Assembly: GCA_965205215.1 (NCBI GenBank)
Contig: OZ242041.1
Coordinates: 2,034,240 to 2,098,239, forward strand
Direction: 5' to 3'
Length of the DNA stretch: 64,000 nucleotides
Source: Nitrosopumilus sp.
GTDB taxonomy: Archaea; Thermoproteota; Nitrososphaeria; Nitrososphaerales; Nitrosopumilaceae
The notes under the pieces are model-generated. The model did no database searches and was not told the DNA's origin. It was given only the letters and a program-made list of their open reading frames with translations. Of the stretch, positions 30,026 to 38,976 are shown one piece after another. The translations under genes were made by a program, and so were the position numbers. Within the stretch, counting starts at the first letter, position 1, and every line of letters begins with the position of its first letter.

Positions 30026-30871
30026 TCATCTGCCGTCCTTCGGCTCCCCGCGTCCGGGGCTTCCGCCGCCTAGCGCCGGTGCGGACCGCGCCCCCTCTGC
30101 TGCCGCCGGCCCCTGCCCGCGCCCGTGCGCATAGGCGCCTCCGTCACCCTTGCCTTCCTCGCGGCGCGCGCCGTCATCTTCTCTCCCCTCCTCCTCCTCC
30201 TCCCCTTCCTCTTCCCACTCGTCCCCCTCGCCATCCAGGCCGTCGTCGACCCTTATGCGCGTGAGCGGCAGCCTGCTTACGGGTATGAAGAGGGCGACAA
30301 GCCCGGCGATCTTTATCGATATGGACGTCGTGTACAGTATGGACTCTGGGAATACAAACGAGTACCATCCGAGAAACTCGCCGAGCGCCAAGAGCGCCAG
30401 CCCCGACGCCACCGATATGGCCCCGCGGTTGCGGGTGTCCAGATACGACAGTATGGTCTCGATGGCCCCGTATGCCAAGAGTATGAACGAGATGGACCTG
30501 AATATGTGCTCTATCTGTACGGACGATATCAGGAACAGCGGCACCACGCCCACCGACCTAAAGTAGCTTGACTTTGGCAGAAAGGCCTTGATGCTGTGTG
30601 AAAAGGCGATGAAGAAATACCCGACCGTCTGGACTATGATGCCGGTGGTCTGCACCCACCTCTCTATGTCGCCGGACTTTGTCACAAAATCCGCGGCCAG
30701 GTAGCCGACCCATATGATCAGGAACCCGGCGCTTATGGCAAAGAATGCGATTGTGAGTCTAAAGAGTGTCGGACTGCCGGTATTGCGGAATCCGATCAGC
30801 GACATCAGGCCTATGGCCAGCCCCACGATAAACCCTATCATGTTGAGTATGTTCTCTAGCAGAAACTCCAC
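30026..30871 (-). CDS. Multi-pass (about 7-TM) membrane protein
   Basis: Series of hydrophobic helices and an acidic low-complexity tail. Confidence 0.75.
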   Translation of the reverse strand: MEFLLENILNMIGFIVGLAIGLMSLIGFRNTGSPTLFRLTIAFFAISAGFLIIWVGYLAADFVTKSGDIERWVQTTGIIVQTVGYFFIAFSHSIKAFLPKSSYFRSVGVVPLFLISSVQIEHIFRSISFILLAYGAIETILSYLDTRNRGAISVASGLALLALGEFLGWYSFVFPESILYTTSISIKIAGLVALFIPVSRLPLTRIRVDDGLDGEGDEWEEEGEEEEEGREDDGARREEGKGDGGAYAHGRGQGPAAAEGARSAPALGGGSPGRGEPKDGR

Positions 30872-30918
30872 GGTGTCTGATTGTCGTTGCAGTATTTAGT
30901 CTCTAGGCCCACTACTGC

Positions 30919-31131
30919 CTAGTCCCACTCGTCGAGGGTACCGGACGACTGCCCCTTGCTGGCGGCCCCGGCATAGTCGCTCAGTATGTCCGAGTATGTG
31001 GGATCGTTGTGCGCGACGTACTCTACATAGTCCCCATAACTCATGTCAAACTCGCACGTGCCGCACTTTACCTTGGCAAAGTCCGGTGAGAGTACCGCAT
31101 CCTCCCTGCACTTGGGGCACTTTATCTTCAC
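30919..31131 (-). CDS. Small zinc-ribbon protein
   Basis: KCPKC...KCGTC; GTG start at 31131. Confidence 0.7.
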   Translation of the reverse strand: MKIKCPKCREDAVLSPDFAKVKCGTCEFDMSYGDYVEYVAHNDPTYSDILSDYAGAASKGQSSGTLDEWD

Positions 31132-31180
31132 GCGCGGCCGTAGGTGTCGGCCACTATTATGACTTGTGAGAACCGGTTCC

Positions 31181-32689
31181 GCTTCCAATCCGTGATATGT
31201 CCTGACTGATGCTCCGGCCAATGGACAGGATGCAGCCGGCAGCCACATGGCGGCGCGCCCGTCACATTGGAAACAAGGCATAATAACATGATCACCTTGC
31301 GTGTTACGTGTTGCATGCATACCGCAAGTACCGGGTCGCCATATCGCTGGCGGCCGACCAGGTGCGCCTCATCGACTCGTACCGCGCTGCCCAGCGCCAC
31401 GCGTACAACTGGTCCGTCGGGAGGATCATGTCGGGCGGTGCCGTAAGCGAGTACGGGCTGTACAAGGAGCTGACGGCCAGGCGCCTGGAACAGGAGTGGA
31501 TGCGCGCCGTTCCCGCGTGGATACAGCGTGCGGGCATCCAAGACGCATGCACCGCGCACAAACTGGCAGCGAGGTCCGGCGGCGGCCTCAGGCACCGCAC
31601 GAGGAAACGGCACTCCGCAATCTCCGTGAGGTGCGCGCTCGCGCCGCGCACAGTCGACAGGTACGGCATCATGCTGCCGTCGTTTGGAACTGTCCGCGCG
31701 GCCGTACCCAACGAGGTCATGGAGCACGAACCAAGATCGTACGAGTTCACCAGGACGCGGAGCGGCCGGTACGTGCTGTACGTGTCGTGCCGCGTCGGGA
31801 TGCCGCCGCAGCGGAGCGTGCCCGCGGACGCGACGGTCAAGGGGGTTGACCGCGGCGTCGCGGAGCCCACGGTGGTCGTGACCATGGACCGCGGGGGAAG
31901 TGCAGTCGCAAAGGACTCCTACGACACGGCCGCGCCGTTCAGGGACGGCCGCGCGGAATACCAAGAAATGCAGTCAAGGATGTCCAAGATGAACAGGCAC
32001 TCCAACAGGTTCAGGAGGCTGCACGCGCGGCTCCGCAGGCGCCTGCAGAAGACCGGAAGCCGCCGCCAGTACGCGGAGTGCATCGCGGCCAAGCACGTGT
32101 GCGACGACCATGCACCCGGCGTGATCGTGCTCGAGGACCTCAAGGTATCAAGCATGACCCGCAGGGGGCGCGGCTCCCACAAGAGGGGGCTCAACCGCGA
32201 GATGCGCTTCGTGCGGCACCGCGCCGTCGAGCAGCGCATACGAAACCGCGCCGAGCTCGCGGGCATACAGATCATCACGGTCGACCCCAGGTACACGTCG
32301 CAGGAGTGCGCGAGGTGCGGGCACGTCGACAAGTCCTCGAGGGTGACGAGGGACATGTTCAGGTGCACCAAGTGCAGTTACGTTCAACAGGCCGACGTCA
32401 ACGCGGCCATGGTAATCGGGGGATACGGCCTGCCGCCCACAGACCCCGGTGACACGACGAGAAAATGGCAGGCCACGGGGGCAGGAACGGCCCTCGTAAG
32501 ACGCGAACTGGACGCGCGCCTCAACTGCTTCTCAGAGGCGGTCGGGGGCCCCGCGAGGGGGCACGAGAGCCAAGTGCCGGCGCGTTCCCTTTCCCGCAGC
32601 GGAATGGAGAAAGAACGTCAGAGTGCAGGCGTGGTGTTTGGCCGGGCTGCCGATTACGGCATGCCCAACTAATATCACGGACTGGAAGC
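31181..32689 (+). mobile_element. Non-autonomous TnpB-only element with 18-bp terminal inverted repeats and probable 6-bp TSD
   Basis: GCTTCCAATCCGTGATAT (31181-31198) vs ATATCACGGACTGGAAGC (32672-32689), 17/18 reverse-complement; flanks GGTTCC (31175-31180) and AGTTCC (32690-32695). Confidence 0.75.
31308..32672 (+). CDS. tnpB: TnpB-family RNA-guided endonuclease
   Basis: RuvC-I GVDRG, RuvC-II VLEDL, VDPRYTSQECARCG..FRCTKC zinc finger, RuvC-III QADVNAA. Confidence 0.93.
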   Translation: MLHAYRKYRVAISLAADQVRLIDSYRAAQRHAYNWSVGRIMSGGAVSEYGLYKELTARRLEQEWMRAVPAWIQRAGIQDACTAHKLAARSGGGLRHRTRKRHSAISVRCALAPRTVDRYGIMLPSFGTVRAAVPNEVMEHEPRSYEFTRTRSGRYVLYVSCRVGMPPQRSVPADATVKGVDRGVAEPTVVVTMDRGGSAVAKDSYDTAAPFRDGRAEYQEMQSRMSKMNRHSNRFRRLHARLRRRLQKTGSRRQYAECIAAKHVCDDHAPGVIVLEDLKVSSMTRRGRGSHKRGLNREMRFVRHRAVEQRIRNRAELAGIQIITVDPRYTSQECARCGHVDKSSRVTRDMFRCTKCSYVQQADVNAAMVIGGYGLPPTDPGDTTRKWQATGAGTALVRRELDARLNCFSEAVGGPARGHESQVPARSLSRSGMEKERQSAGVVFGRAADYGMPN

Positions 32690-32734
32690 AGTTCCTCAAC
32701 AAGAGATAAAAGAGACGTCCGGAGACGGTGCGCC

Positions 32735-33025
32735 ATGGGGCGGCAGTGCACCAAGTGCAAGCTACAGATACAGGACTCCGAGGTTCTGGATATGGGGGCC
32801 GAGAAGTATCCCACGTGCAACAAGTGCTGGGCCGAGTGGAAAGAGTACCGCGTCATGGTCATGAACGAGATGCGGCTTGACATGTCCATGCCGGATCACC
32901 GCAAGATGCTCCGCAAGAACGAAAAGATATTCGTCGGCGTCATGTCTCCTGACGGCGATGTCATAGATTTCACAAACGAGGACAACCGGCGCCCAGACGA
33001 TCCCCCTCCCGGTTCTCAGGCCTAG
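32735..33025 (+). CDS. YggX-like Fe(II)-trafficking/Fe-S protection protein
   Basis: C..W.EW......MNE.RLDM....RK.L pattern. Confidence 0.7.
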   Translation: MGRQCTKCKLQIQDSEVLDMGAEKYPTCNKCWAEWKEYRVMVMNEMRLDMSMPDHRKMLRKNEKIFVGVMSPDGDVIDFTNEDNRRPDDPPPGSQA

Positions 33026-33038
33026 GGTACCCCGCCGG

Positions 33039-33503
33039 TCATGCGATGCCGACGCGCGCCTGCGCCGCATCGGGCACAATCATCCTGATCGTTCTTTGAT
33101 CCCGCGCGCCGAGCGCCGATACCGCGTCCCTTACGGACGAGGCGACTGATTCCTGCTGGTCGGGGCTCAGCGTCAGGAATATGCCATATATGGCATCCAT
33201 GTTAAAGGCGACCAGTCTTTCGGGGCTCTGCGAGATCTCCGCGGCGTACGCACCCACGAGCTCCGCCCGCCGGTCCTGCGGCAGGCCCGCCAGCACCTCA
33301 AGCCACGTCCTGAAGAGCTTCTCAAACCTGCCAAAATCCACGGTGGGTCCCGCCTCCAGTGCATTGCGTATGATCTCCTGCTTTTCAGGTTCCGACAGCG
33401 CAAAGAATTCGTTCATCCGCTTTGTCAATATGGGCTTTCTCAGAAAGTCCGGCAGGCTTGCCAAACTGACTATGATGTTGCCGGCAAAGTTCTCAGTCGC
33501 CAT
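33039..33503 (-). CDS. Hypothetical helical protein
   Basis: Coding-like ORF starting MATENFAGNII. Confidence 0.7.
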   Translation of the reverse strand: MATENFAGNIIVSLASLPDFLRKPILTKRMNEFFALSEPEKQEIIRNALEAGPTVDFGRFEKLFRTWLEVLAGLPQDRRAELVGAYAAEISQSPERLVAFNMDAIYGIFLTLSPDQQESVASSVRDAVSALGARDQRTIRMIVPDAAQARVGIA

Positions 33504-33683
33504 CACATGGCGGCGCCGCGGCGAGAATATAACGACTCCGCCGCGGCGGTTTCGAGGTCGGTGGCGACGGCGGTGGCAGTAGCGGCATCCAGCGCGGCCG
33601 GGCGCCTCCATGCGCGGCGCCGCGGGCACCCGGCCGGGTTGCCCCATACTACATTAATTAAGATGCAATGCGCCCGCCGTACC

Positions 33684-34688
33684 GTGGCAGCGACCGTAGT
33701 GGTTGGCGGATTCTTTGGGGACGAGGGCAAGGGCAAGATCATCTCGTACCTTGCAACCAAGGACTCGCCGGGAATCGTGGTGAGGGGCGGCGCGGGCCCC
33801 AACGCGGGGCACACCATACGGGACGGGGAAAGGACGTACAAGGTGCGCATGCTGCCAAGCGGATTCCTCAACCGCAATGCAAGGGTGATGATAGGCCCCG
33901 GCGTGGTGGTGGATCCCGACGTACTGCTAAGGGAGGTCGAGGACTTTGGCGCGCAAAAGCAGGCGTACCTGGACGCCAACTGCGGCATAATAGACCCCAC
34001 TCACCGCGAGAGGGACGCGGGCGGCCGGCTCAAGGAAACGATAGGAAGCACGGGATCCGGAACAGGCCCTGCAAACTCGGACCGCGCGATGCGCACGCTG
34101 AGGCTTGCACGCGACGTCGAGTCCCTGTCAGATATGATCGCCGACGTGCCCCACGAGATAAACTCGGCACTTGCGGCGGGCCGAGACGTGCTGGTGGAGG
34201 GCACCCAGGGCACGTTCCTGTCGCTGTGGCACGGAACGTACCCGTACGTGACATCAAAGGACGTGACCGCGTCAGGCATATGCGCCGACGTCGGACTGGG
34301 CCCCACAAAGGTGGACGAAGTCATGGTGGTTTTCAAGTCGTATGTCACGCGGGTGGGGACAGGGCCCCTGGAAAACGCCCTGTCTGACGAGGAGTCCTCG
34401 CAGAGGGGATGGTCGGAGTTCGGAACAGTAACCGGCAGGCCGCGGCGCGCGGCGGACTTTGACATGAGCCTGGCCGCGCGGGCCGCGATGCTCAACGGGG
34501 CGACGCAGTTTGCCCTGACAAAGCTTGACGTACTGTATCCGGAGTGCGCGGGCGGCAGGTCGTTTGGCGACCTTCCCGCCGAAGCAAAAAAGTTCGTCTC
34601 AAGCATAGAGGACGCGCTGGGGATCCCGGCCGCCGTCATAGGGACGGGTCCCAACGTCAAGGACGTAATCGACAGGCGCGCCGCATGA
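33684..34688 (+). CDS. purA: Adenylosuccinate synthetase (short archaeal type)
   Basis: GDEGKGK, GPNAGH, EGTQG, EFGTVTGRPRR. Confidence 0.96.
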   Translation: MAATVVVGGFFGDEGKGKIISYLATKDSPGIVVRGGAGPNAGHTIRDGERTYKVRMLPSGFLNRNARVMIGPGVVVDPDVLLREVEDFGAQKQAYLDANCGIIDPTHRERDAGGRLKETIGSTGSGTGPANSDRAMRTLRLARDVESLSDMIADVPHEINSALAAGRDVLVEGTQGTFLSLWHGTYPYVTSKDVTASGICADVGLGPTKVDEVMVVFKSYVTRVGTGPLENALSDEESSQRGWSEFGTVTGRPRRAADFDMSLAARAAMLNGATQFALTKLDVLYPECAGGRSFGDLPAEAKKFVSSIEDALGIPAAVIGTGPNVKDVIDRRAA

Positions 34689-34784
34689 CGGGGCCCGTGC
34701 TCGGATGGCTCTAATAGGTTTAATTTGATACTGCGCTCTGGTCTGAGTGTGGTGACGACGGCGACGGCAACAGCAGCGACAATC

Positions 34785-35534
34785 ATGCCTGCAGGCAAGG
34801 AGGACGCAGTAGGATCGGCCTCTGCTGCAGAAAGCAGAGAAGACCACCAGGGCATGCGCCCGTACTATATCCAGCTTGAGTCGCGCCTCGACTTTTCGCG
34901 GTTCGTATGCGCGCTGGAAAACGTGCCTCTTGCATGCATGGCCCACAAGCACGACGGCGTGGACATACTCTGCACCCAGATGAACATGCTGCATGGCAGG
35001 CCCATCATGTACTATGTGCCGTTTGACGGCGACGGCGACGGCGGCCCCGCAATGGGGCGCCACCTGTACTATGGCCTGAGACGCGGGAGGGAGGAGTACG
35101 GGACGTCCTCTGCAATGTCCGACTCGAGCATGGCGTACTCCCCGATAATACGCATAAGATCGCGTCCCGAAGTACTGCTTCCGGACAACGACGCGGCGGA
35201 CAGGTATCATCCCATAATACTGGAAGACCTCTCCAGCCTGGCCGGCATGATGTGGGGGCGCGGGGACTCCTCGTTTCCGCTATTCCTGTTCCGGCGCGGC
35301 CACAAGTGGCTTCTTGGCATAACGCTGGAGCAGGACCACGGCGTCGCGGAGACGCCTGCATTTTTTGCGTACGTCGAGCTTGACTCTGATCCCGCAAAGC
35401 CGTTTCTGATGTTCTCTACGCAAAGCGACGCAGAGCCCGCGTTCGTGGACGCCCCAACCGAGCACGGCTATTCGTACATGAAGATTATTAGGCTCAAAGG
35501 CAGCCACCCACTGATAGACTATGAGGACGTTTAA
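34785..35534 (+). CDS. Hypothetical protein
   Basis: Long coding-like ORF overlapping the pyrF start. Confidence 0.65.
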   Translation: MPAGKEDAVGSASAAESREDHQGMRPYYIQLESRLDFSRFVCALENVPLACMAHKHDGVDILCTQMNMLHGRPIMYYVPFDGDGDGGPAMGRHLYYGLRRGREEYGTSSAMSDSSMAYSPIIRIRSRPEVLLPDNDAADRYHPIILEDLSSLAGMMWGRGDSSFPLFLFRRGHKWLLGITLEQDHGVAETPAFFAYVELDSDPAKPFLMFSTQSDAEPAFVDAPTEHGYSYMKIIRLKGSHPLIDYEDV

Positions 35535-36279
35535 TGCCAAGCTGGCAGGCGCAACGGGACGGCGCGTGATACTTGCCTGCGACTACACGGGCCGCCCCCT
35601 GACCGCCTCCCCCGTAATACGCGACGTCAAGAGACTGTCGGCGTACATCTGCGCCATAAAGATCAACTACCACCTGCTGCTGCCGCTTGGCGCCAGGCAG
35701 GTGTCCCGCATAACCGACGCTGCCCACGGACTCGGGCTGCAGGCCATTGCGGACATAAAACTCAACGACATAGGCAACACCAACGATGTCGCGACTGGGA
35801 TCCTGTGGGACATGGGCTTTGATGCCGTGATCGCAAACCCGATAATGGGGCTTGACGGCCTCAGGAATCTGGTCCGGTCCGCGCACGGGCGCGGCAGGGG
35901 CGTGATCACGCTGTGCCACATGAGCGCGCCGGAGGCCCGCACGTCCTACGAGATGAGGGCCCATCTCACGCCGAGGTCTAGGAACCCCCGGAGGATGCAT
36001 GAGATCTTTCTTGACTGGGCGCTCGACTCGGGCGCGGACGGCGTCATAGTGGGCGCCACGTTTCCAGGTGTCATAAGGGAGTGCTCGAGGCGCATACAAA
36101 AGAGCGGACGGCGCCTGCTCATAATATCCCCCGGGGTGGGGGCGCAGGGGGCCGGCGCCGCGGATACTATACGCGCCGGCGCCGACTATGTAATCGCGGG
36201 GCGCTCCATCATACAGGCCGATGATATGGTACGAGCGGCCATGTCCATGCATCAGAGCATCGCACATGGAAGAACCTGA
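35521..36279 (+). CDS. pyrF: Orotidine 5'-phosphate decarboxylase
   Basis: DIKLNDIGNT, SPGVGAQG, AGRSI. Confidence 0.94.
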   Translation: MRTFNAKLAGATGRRVILACDYTGRPLTASPVIRDVKRLSAYICAIKINYHLLLPLGARQVSRITDAAHGLGLQAIADIKLNDIGNTNDVATGILWDMGFDAVIANPIMGLDGLRNLVRSAHGRGRGVITLCHMSAPEARTSYEMRAHLTPRSRNPRRMHEIFLDWALDSGADGVIVGATFPGVIRECSRRIQKSGRRLLIISPGVGAQGAGAADTIRAGADYVIAGRSIIQADDMVRAAMSMHQSIAHGRT

Positions 36280-36336
36280 TTGTCACCGGGATTGCTTTTC
36301 TAGCTCTGCCCCCGGAAGAGTACGCGCGTCCTGACG

Positions 36337-36774
36337 TTACATGGCTGCCGCGTTGGCGCCGCCGTCAAGCCACGCGTCAGCGGCACCGAGCAGGCCCGCC
36401 GCCGCGGGGTACGTGACGGCGCGCACCGCGTCGCCATACTCATGCCATGCATAGTCCAGGTGCTCGTCGGACAGCGTGACGTCCCTAGCTCGGGTCTCCC
36501 CGAGAAAGAACGTCACGGTCTTGTGCACCTCGTCACTGCCGTCCAGAAACTCGTACTCGATGCGCCTTGCAAAGCCCTCGTGCAGGGACACGTCTGAAAT
36601 CCCGGTCTCCTCCCTGACCTCCCTGAGTGCCGCCTGCACATCCGACTCGCCCGGCTCCCTCTTGCCCTTTGCGAGGTCCCAGTGCCCGGCCGCGTACTGG
36701 AGTACTAGGTACAGGCGCCTCGAGTCCCGCATGCAGTACAGGACAACGCCTGCAGAGATCTCCTCCCGCGCCAT
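36337..36774 (-). CDS. NUDIX hydrolase (Ap4A hydrolase-like)
   Basis: HWDLAKG..E.GE....ALREVREETG; LSDEH. Confidence 0.9.
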   Translation of the reverse strand: MAREEISAGVVLYCMRDSRRLYLVLQYAAGHWDLAKGKREPGESDVQAALREVREETGISDVSLHEGFARRIEYEFLDGSDEVHKTVTFFLGETRARDVTLSDEHLDYAWHEYGDAVRAVTYPAAAGLLGAADAWLDGGANAAAM

Positions 36775-36776
36775 GC

Positions 36777-37580
36777 TCACCGGCCAAGCCTCCTCCTTCT
36801 CTTCTGGAACGTGCGGATCGCCCTCATCAGGTCTATCTTCCTGAACTCGGGCCAGAATATGTCCATGAACACAAGCTCGCTGTACGCGCTCTGCCACATC
36901 AGGAACCCGCTCAGCCGCTTCTCGCCGGACGTGCGGAGTATCATGTCCGGCGAGGGCTGGGGCAGGTGCGACGTGTAAAGGTTAGACTCTATCACGCCCC
37001 TGTCAATCTCTTCCACCTTGAGCCTGCCCTCCCTTATCTTCTCCCCTATCTTTTTCACGGCATCGACCATCTCGTACTGGCCCCCGTATGCGAGCGCGAT
37101 GTTCAGGAACCTGCAGTCATATCCCTTTGTGGCCTCCTCAAGCCGGTGCAGCACGTCGCGTATCGTATCCGGAAGCATCCCTATCCTCCCGATCGCCTTT
37201 ACCCTCATTCGGCTCCGGTGTATGCGCGGGTCGGCCAGCAGCTTTTCAAGCCTGGCCCTTATCAGCTCAAAGAGGTCCCGCAGCTCTTGGTCGTTTCTTG
37301 ACAGGTTCTCCGCCGAGAGCGCGTACAGCGTGACTATCTTGATGTCGAGCTCCTCGCACCAGTCAAGCAGGTTCTCGACCGCGTCGGCGCCCCTGCCGTG
37401 CCCGTCCCTTTCCATTGCAAGATGGCGCCTCGCCCACCTGCGGTTGCCGTCGAGTATCAGCGCCATGTGGTTCGGTATGTCCCCGGCCCTTATCTCGCGC
37501 TCAAGCCTTCCGCTGTACAGTTTGTAAAAGCCAAAGAGGCCGAACGCCGCACTCCTTATGCCTCCTGCCATGCTGTCCAA
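36777..37580 (-). CDS. uppS: cis-prenyltransferase (undecaprenyl/polyprenyl diphosphate synthase)
   Basis: ILDGNRRWA, RTSGEKRLSGFL.WQ.AY.E. Confidence 0.95.
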   Translation of the reverse strand: MDSMAGGIRSAAFGLFGFYKLYSGRLEREIRAGDIPNHMALILDGNRRWARRHLAMERDGHGRGADAVENLLDWCEELDIKIVTLYALSAENLSRNDQELRDLFELIRARLEKLLADPRIHRSRMRVKAIGRIGMLPDTIRDVLHRLEEATKGYDCRFLNIALAYGGQYEMVDAVKKIGEKIREGRLKVEEIDRGVIESNLYTSHLPQPSPDMILRTSGEKRLSGFLMWQSAYSELVFMDIFWPEFRKIDLMRAIRTFQKRRRRLGR

Positions 37581-37595
37581 GCATACCGAATATTG

Positions 37596-38810
37596 TTATA
37601 ACTGCCTTTCCTTGCTCGGTTCCGTTTCAGCATCGCTGCCGCTGCCGCCGCCGTCTTCGTCGGCATCGGCCGCCGCGTCCTTGTCCGTCCTGCGCCTGCG
37701 ATACTTCTTGAACAGGACGGACGCTATGGCCAGCGTGACTGCCAGCCCCACAATAAGCGGCGGGATCAGGGTAAAGGAGCTCTCGTCGTGGATCATGATG
37801 TTCGTAAACTGGTACGCAGTCGGATAGATTGCCACCAGGACGACCGGCCTCAGGATGTCGACCGTATGCCTTGGCGTGCCCCCTATCAGGTTGCTCAGCA
37901 GCGAGCCGGCAAGTATGGCGCCAAGCCCTATCCACAGTATGGGCAGGGCGCCCGAGATGAACTGCCCGATCAGCACCTTGTCCGACACCATGGCGACTAT
38001 GTCCGCGTCCAGCTCCAACAGGCTTTCATCCACGGCCCCGATCCCGGCGGGGATGGACGACATGATGAGGATGATCCCGGTCACCATTGTAAAGATGCGT
38101 ATGAACCCCATCGGCGTCGGCTTTGACAGGCTGGCCCAAGCCCTGTCTATGTCAAAGGCCCTGATCAGAAAGGCCCCTCCCAGTATGCTGATCACTGCGG
38201 CGAATATTATCTCTGTAAAGTTAAAGACCGTGGCGATGCCCGCCATCAGCAGCAGTATTCCGGGGACCCCCAGAAAGAATTTCGAGTACCGGGAGTCGTA
38301 TGCGATTGTCTTCAGGTACTTTCCCAGCACCGCATACGAGTACTCCACGCTCCGGCTCACCTTCATTACGACGCGCTGCACAGACACGACGGGTAGCGCG
38401 TTCTGTATCACGGGTATGACGCTCTCGTCGTCCTCGCCGTCTGACACTATGACGGCGCCGTTTGCGCCAAACTCGCTCTGGATCTTCTTGATCTCCGCGA
38501 GTATCTTTTCGTCGGCCTGCACGCCCCTGTTCTTCACGCCCGCGACCGTGACGACCTCGACGGTATACCCCTTGCTGATGAGATCCTCGTACGTCTTTAT
38601 GGCGGCGAATATAGAGTTGGAGTCCGCGTCCTCGGGATCCTCCAGCGCCAGCCGCTGGGCCGCCTCTATGCAAGAGTCCCTCCCTATCACGGGGGTCTCG
38701 ATGCCGGCCTTCTCCCCCACGTCGTTGTCCCTGTCGACGCACACCACAAGCAGCTTGCTTGCAGAAGAGGAGCTCACGTCCTTCTCGACCTTGCCTGCGC
38801 GCTGCGACAT
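37596..38810 (-). CDS. DUF373-family membrane protein
   Basis: VDRDNDVG..DPEDAD.N..VSDGEDDE..Q plus C-terminal TMs. Confidence 0.88.
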   Translation of the reverse strand: MSQRAGKVEKDVSSSSASKLLVVCVDRDNDVGEKAGIETPVIGRDSCIEAAQRLALEDPEDADSNSIFAAIKTYEDLISKGYTVEVVTVAGVKNRGVQADEKILAEIKKIQSEFGANGAVIVSDGEDDESVIPVIQNALPVVSVQRVVMKVSRSVEYSYAVLGKYLKTIAYDSRYSKFFLGVPGILLLMAGIATVFNFTEIIFAAVISILGGAFLIRAFDIDRAWASLSKPTPMGFIRIFTMVTGIILIMSSIPAGIGAVDESLLELDADIVAMVSDKVLIGQFISGALPILWIGLGAILAGSLLSNLIGGTPRHTVDILRPVVLVAIYPTAYQFTNIMIHDESSFTLIPPLIVGLAVTLAIASVLFKKYRRRRTDKDAAADADEDGGGSGSDAETEPSKERQL

Positions 38811-38976
38811 GTCGTTATATAGTGCAGATTGCTTTTAACGATTTCCGGCATGCGGGCGAACCCGCCATGTATGTGGCCTTATGCGTGAGTCCGGGCCGGC
38901 GAACGGCGGCCCTGCCGTCGATCGTCCCGCGGCCGCAAGCCCCGCGCATCCCAGACGCCCGAGGTGCCGGCGGCAG

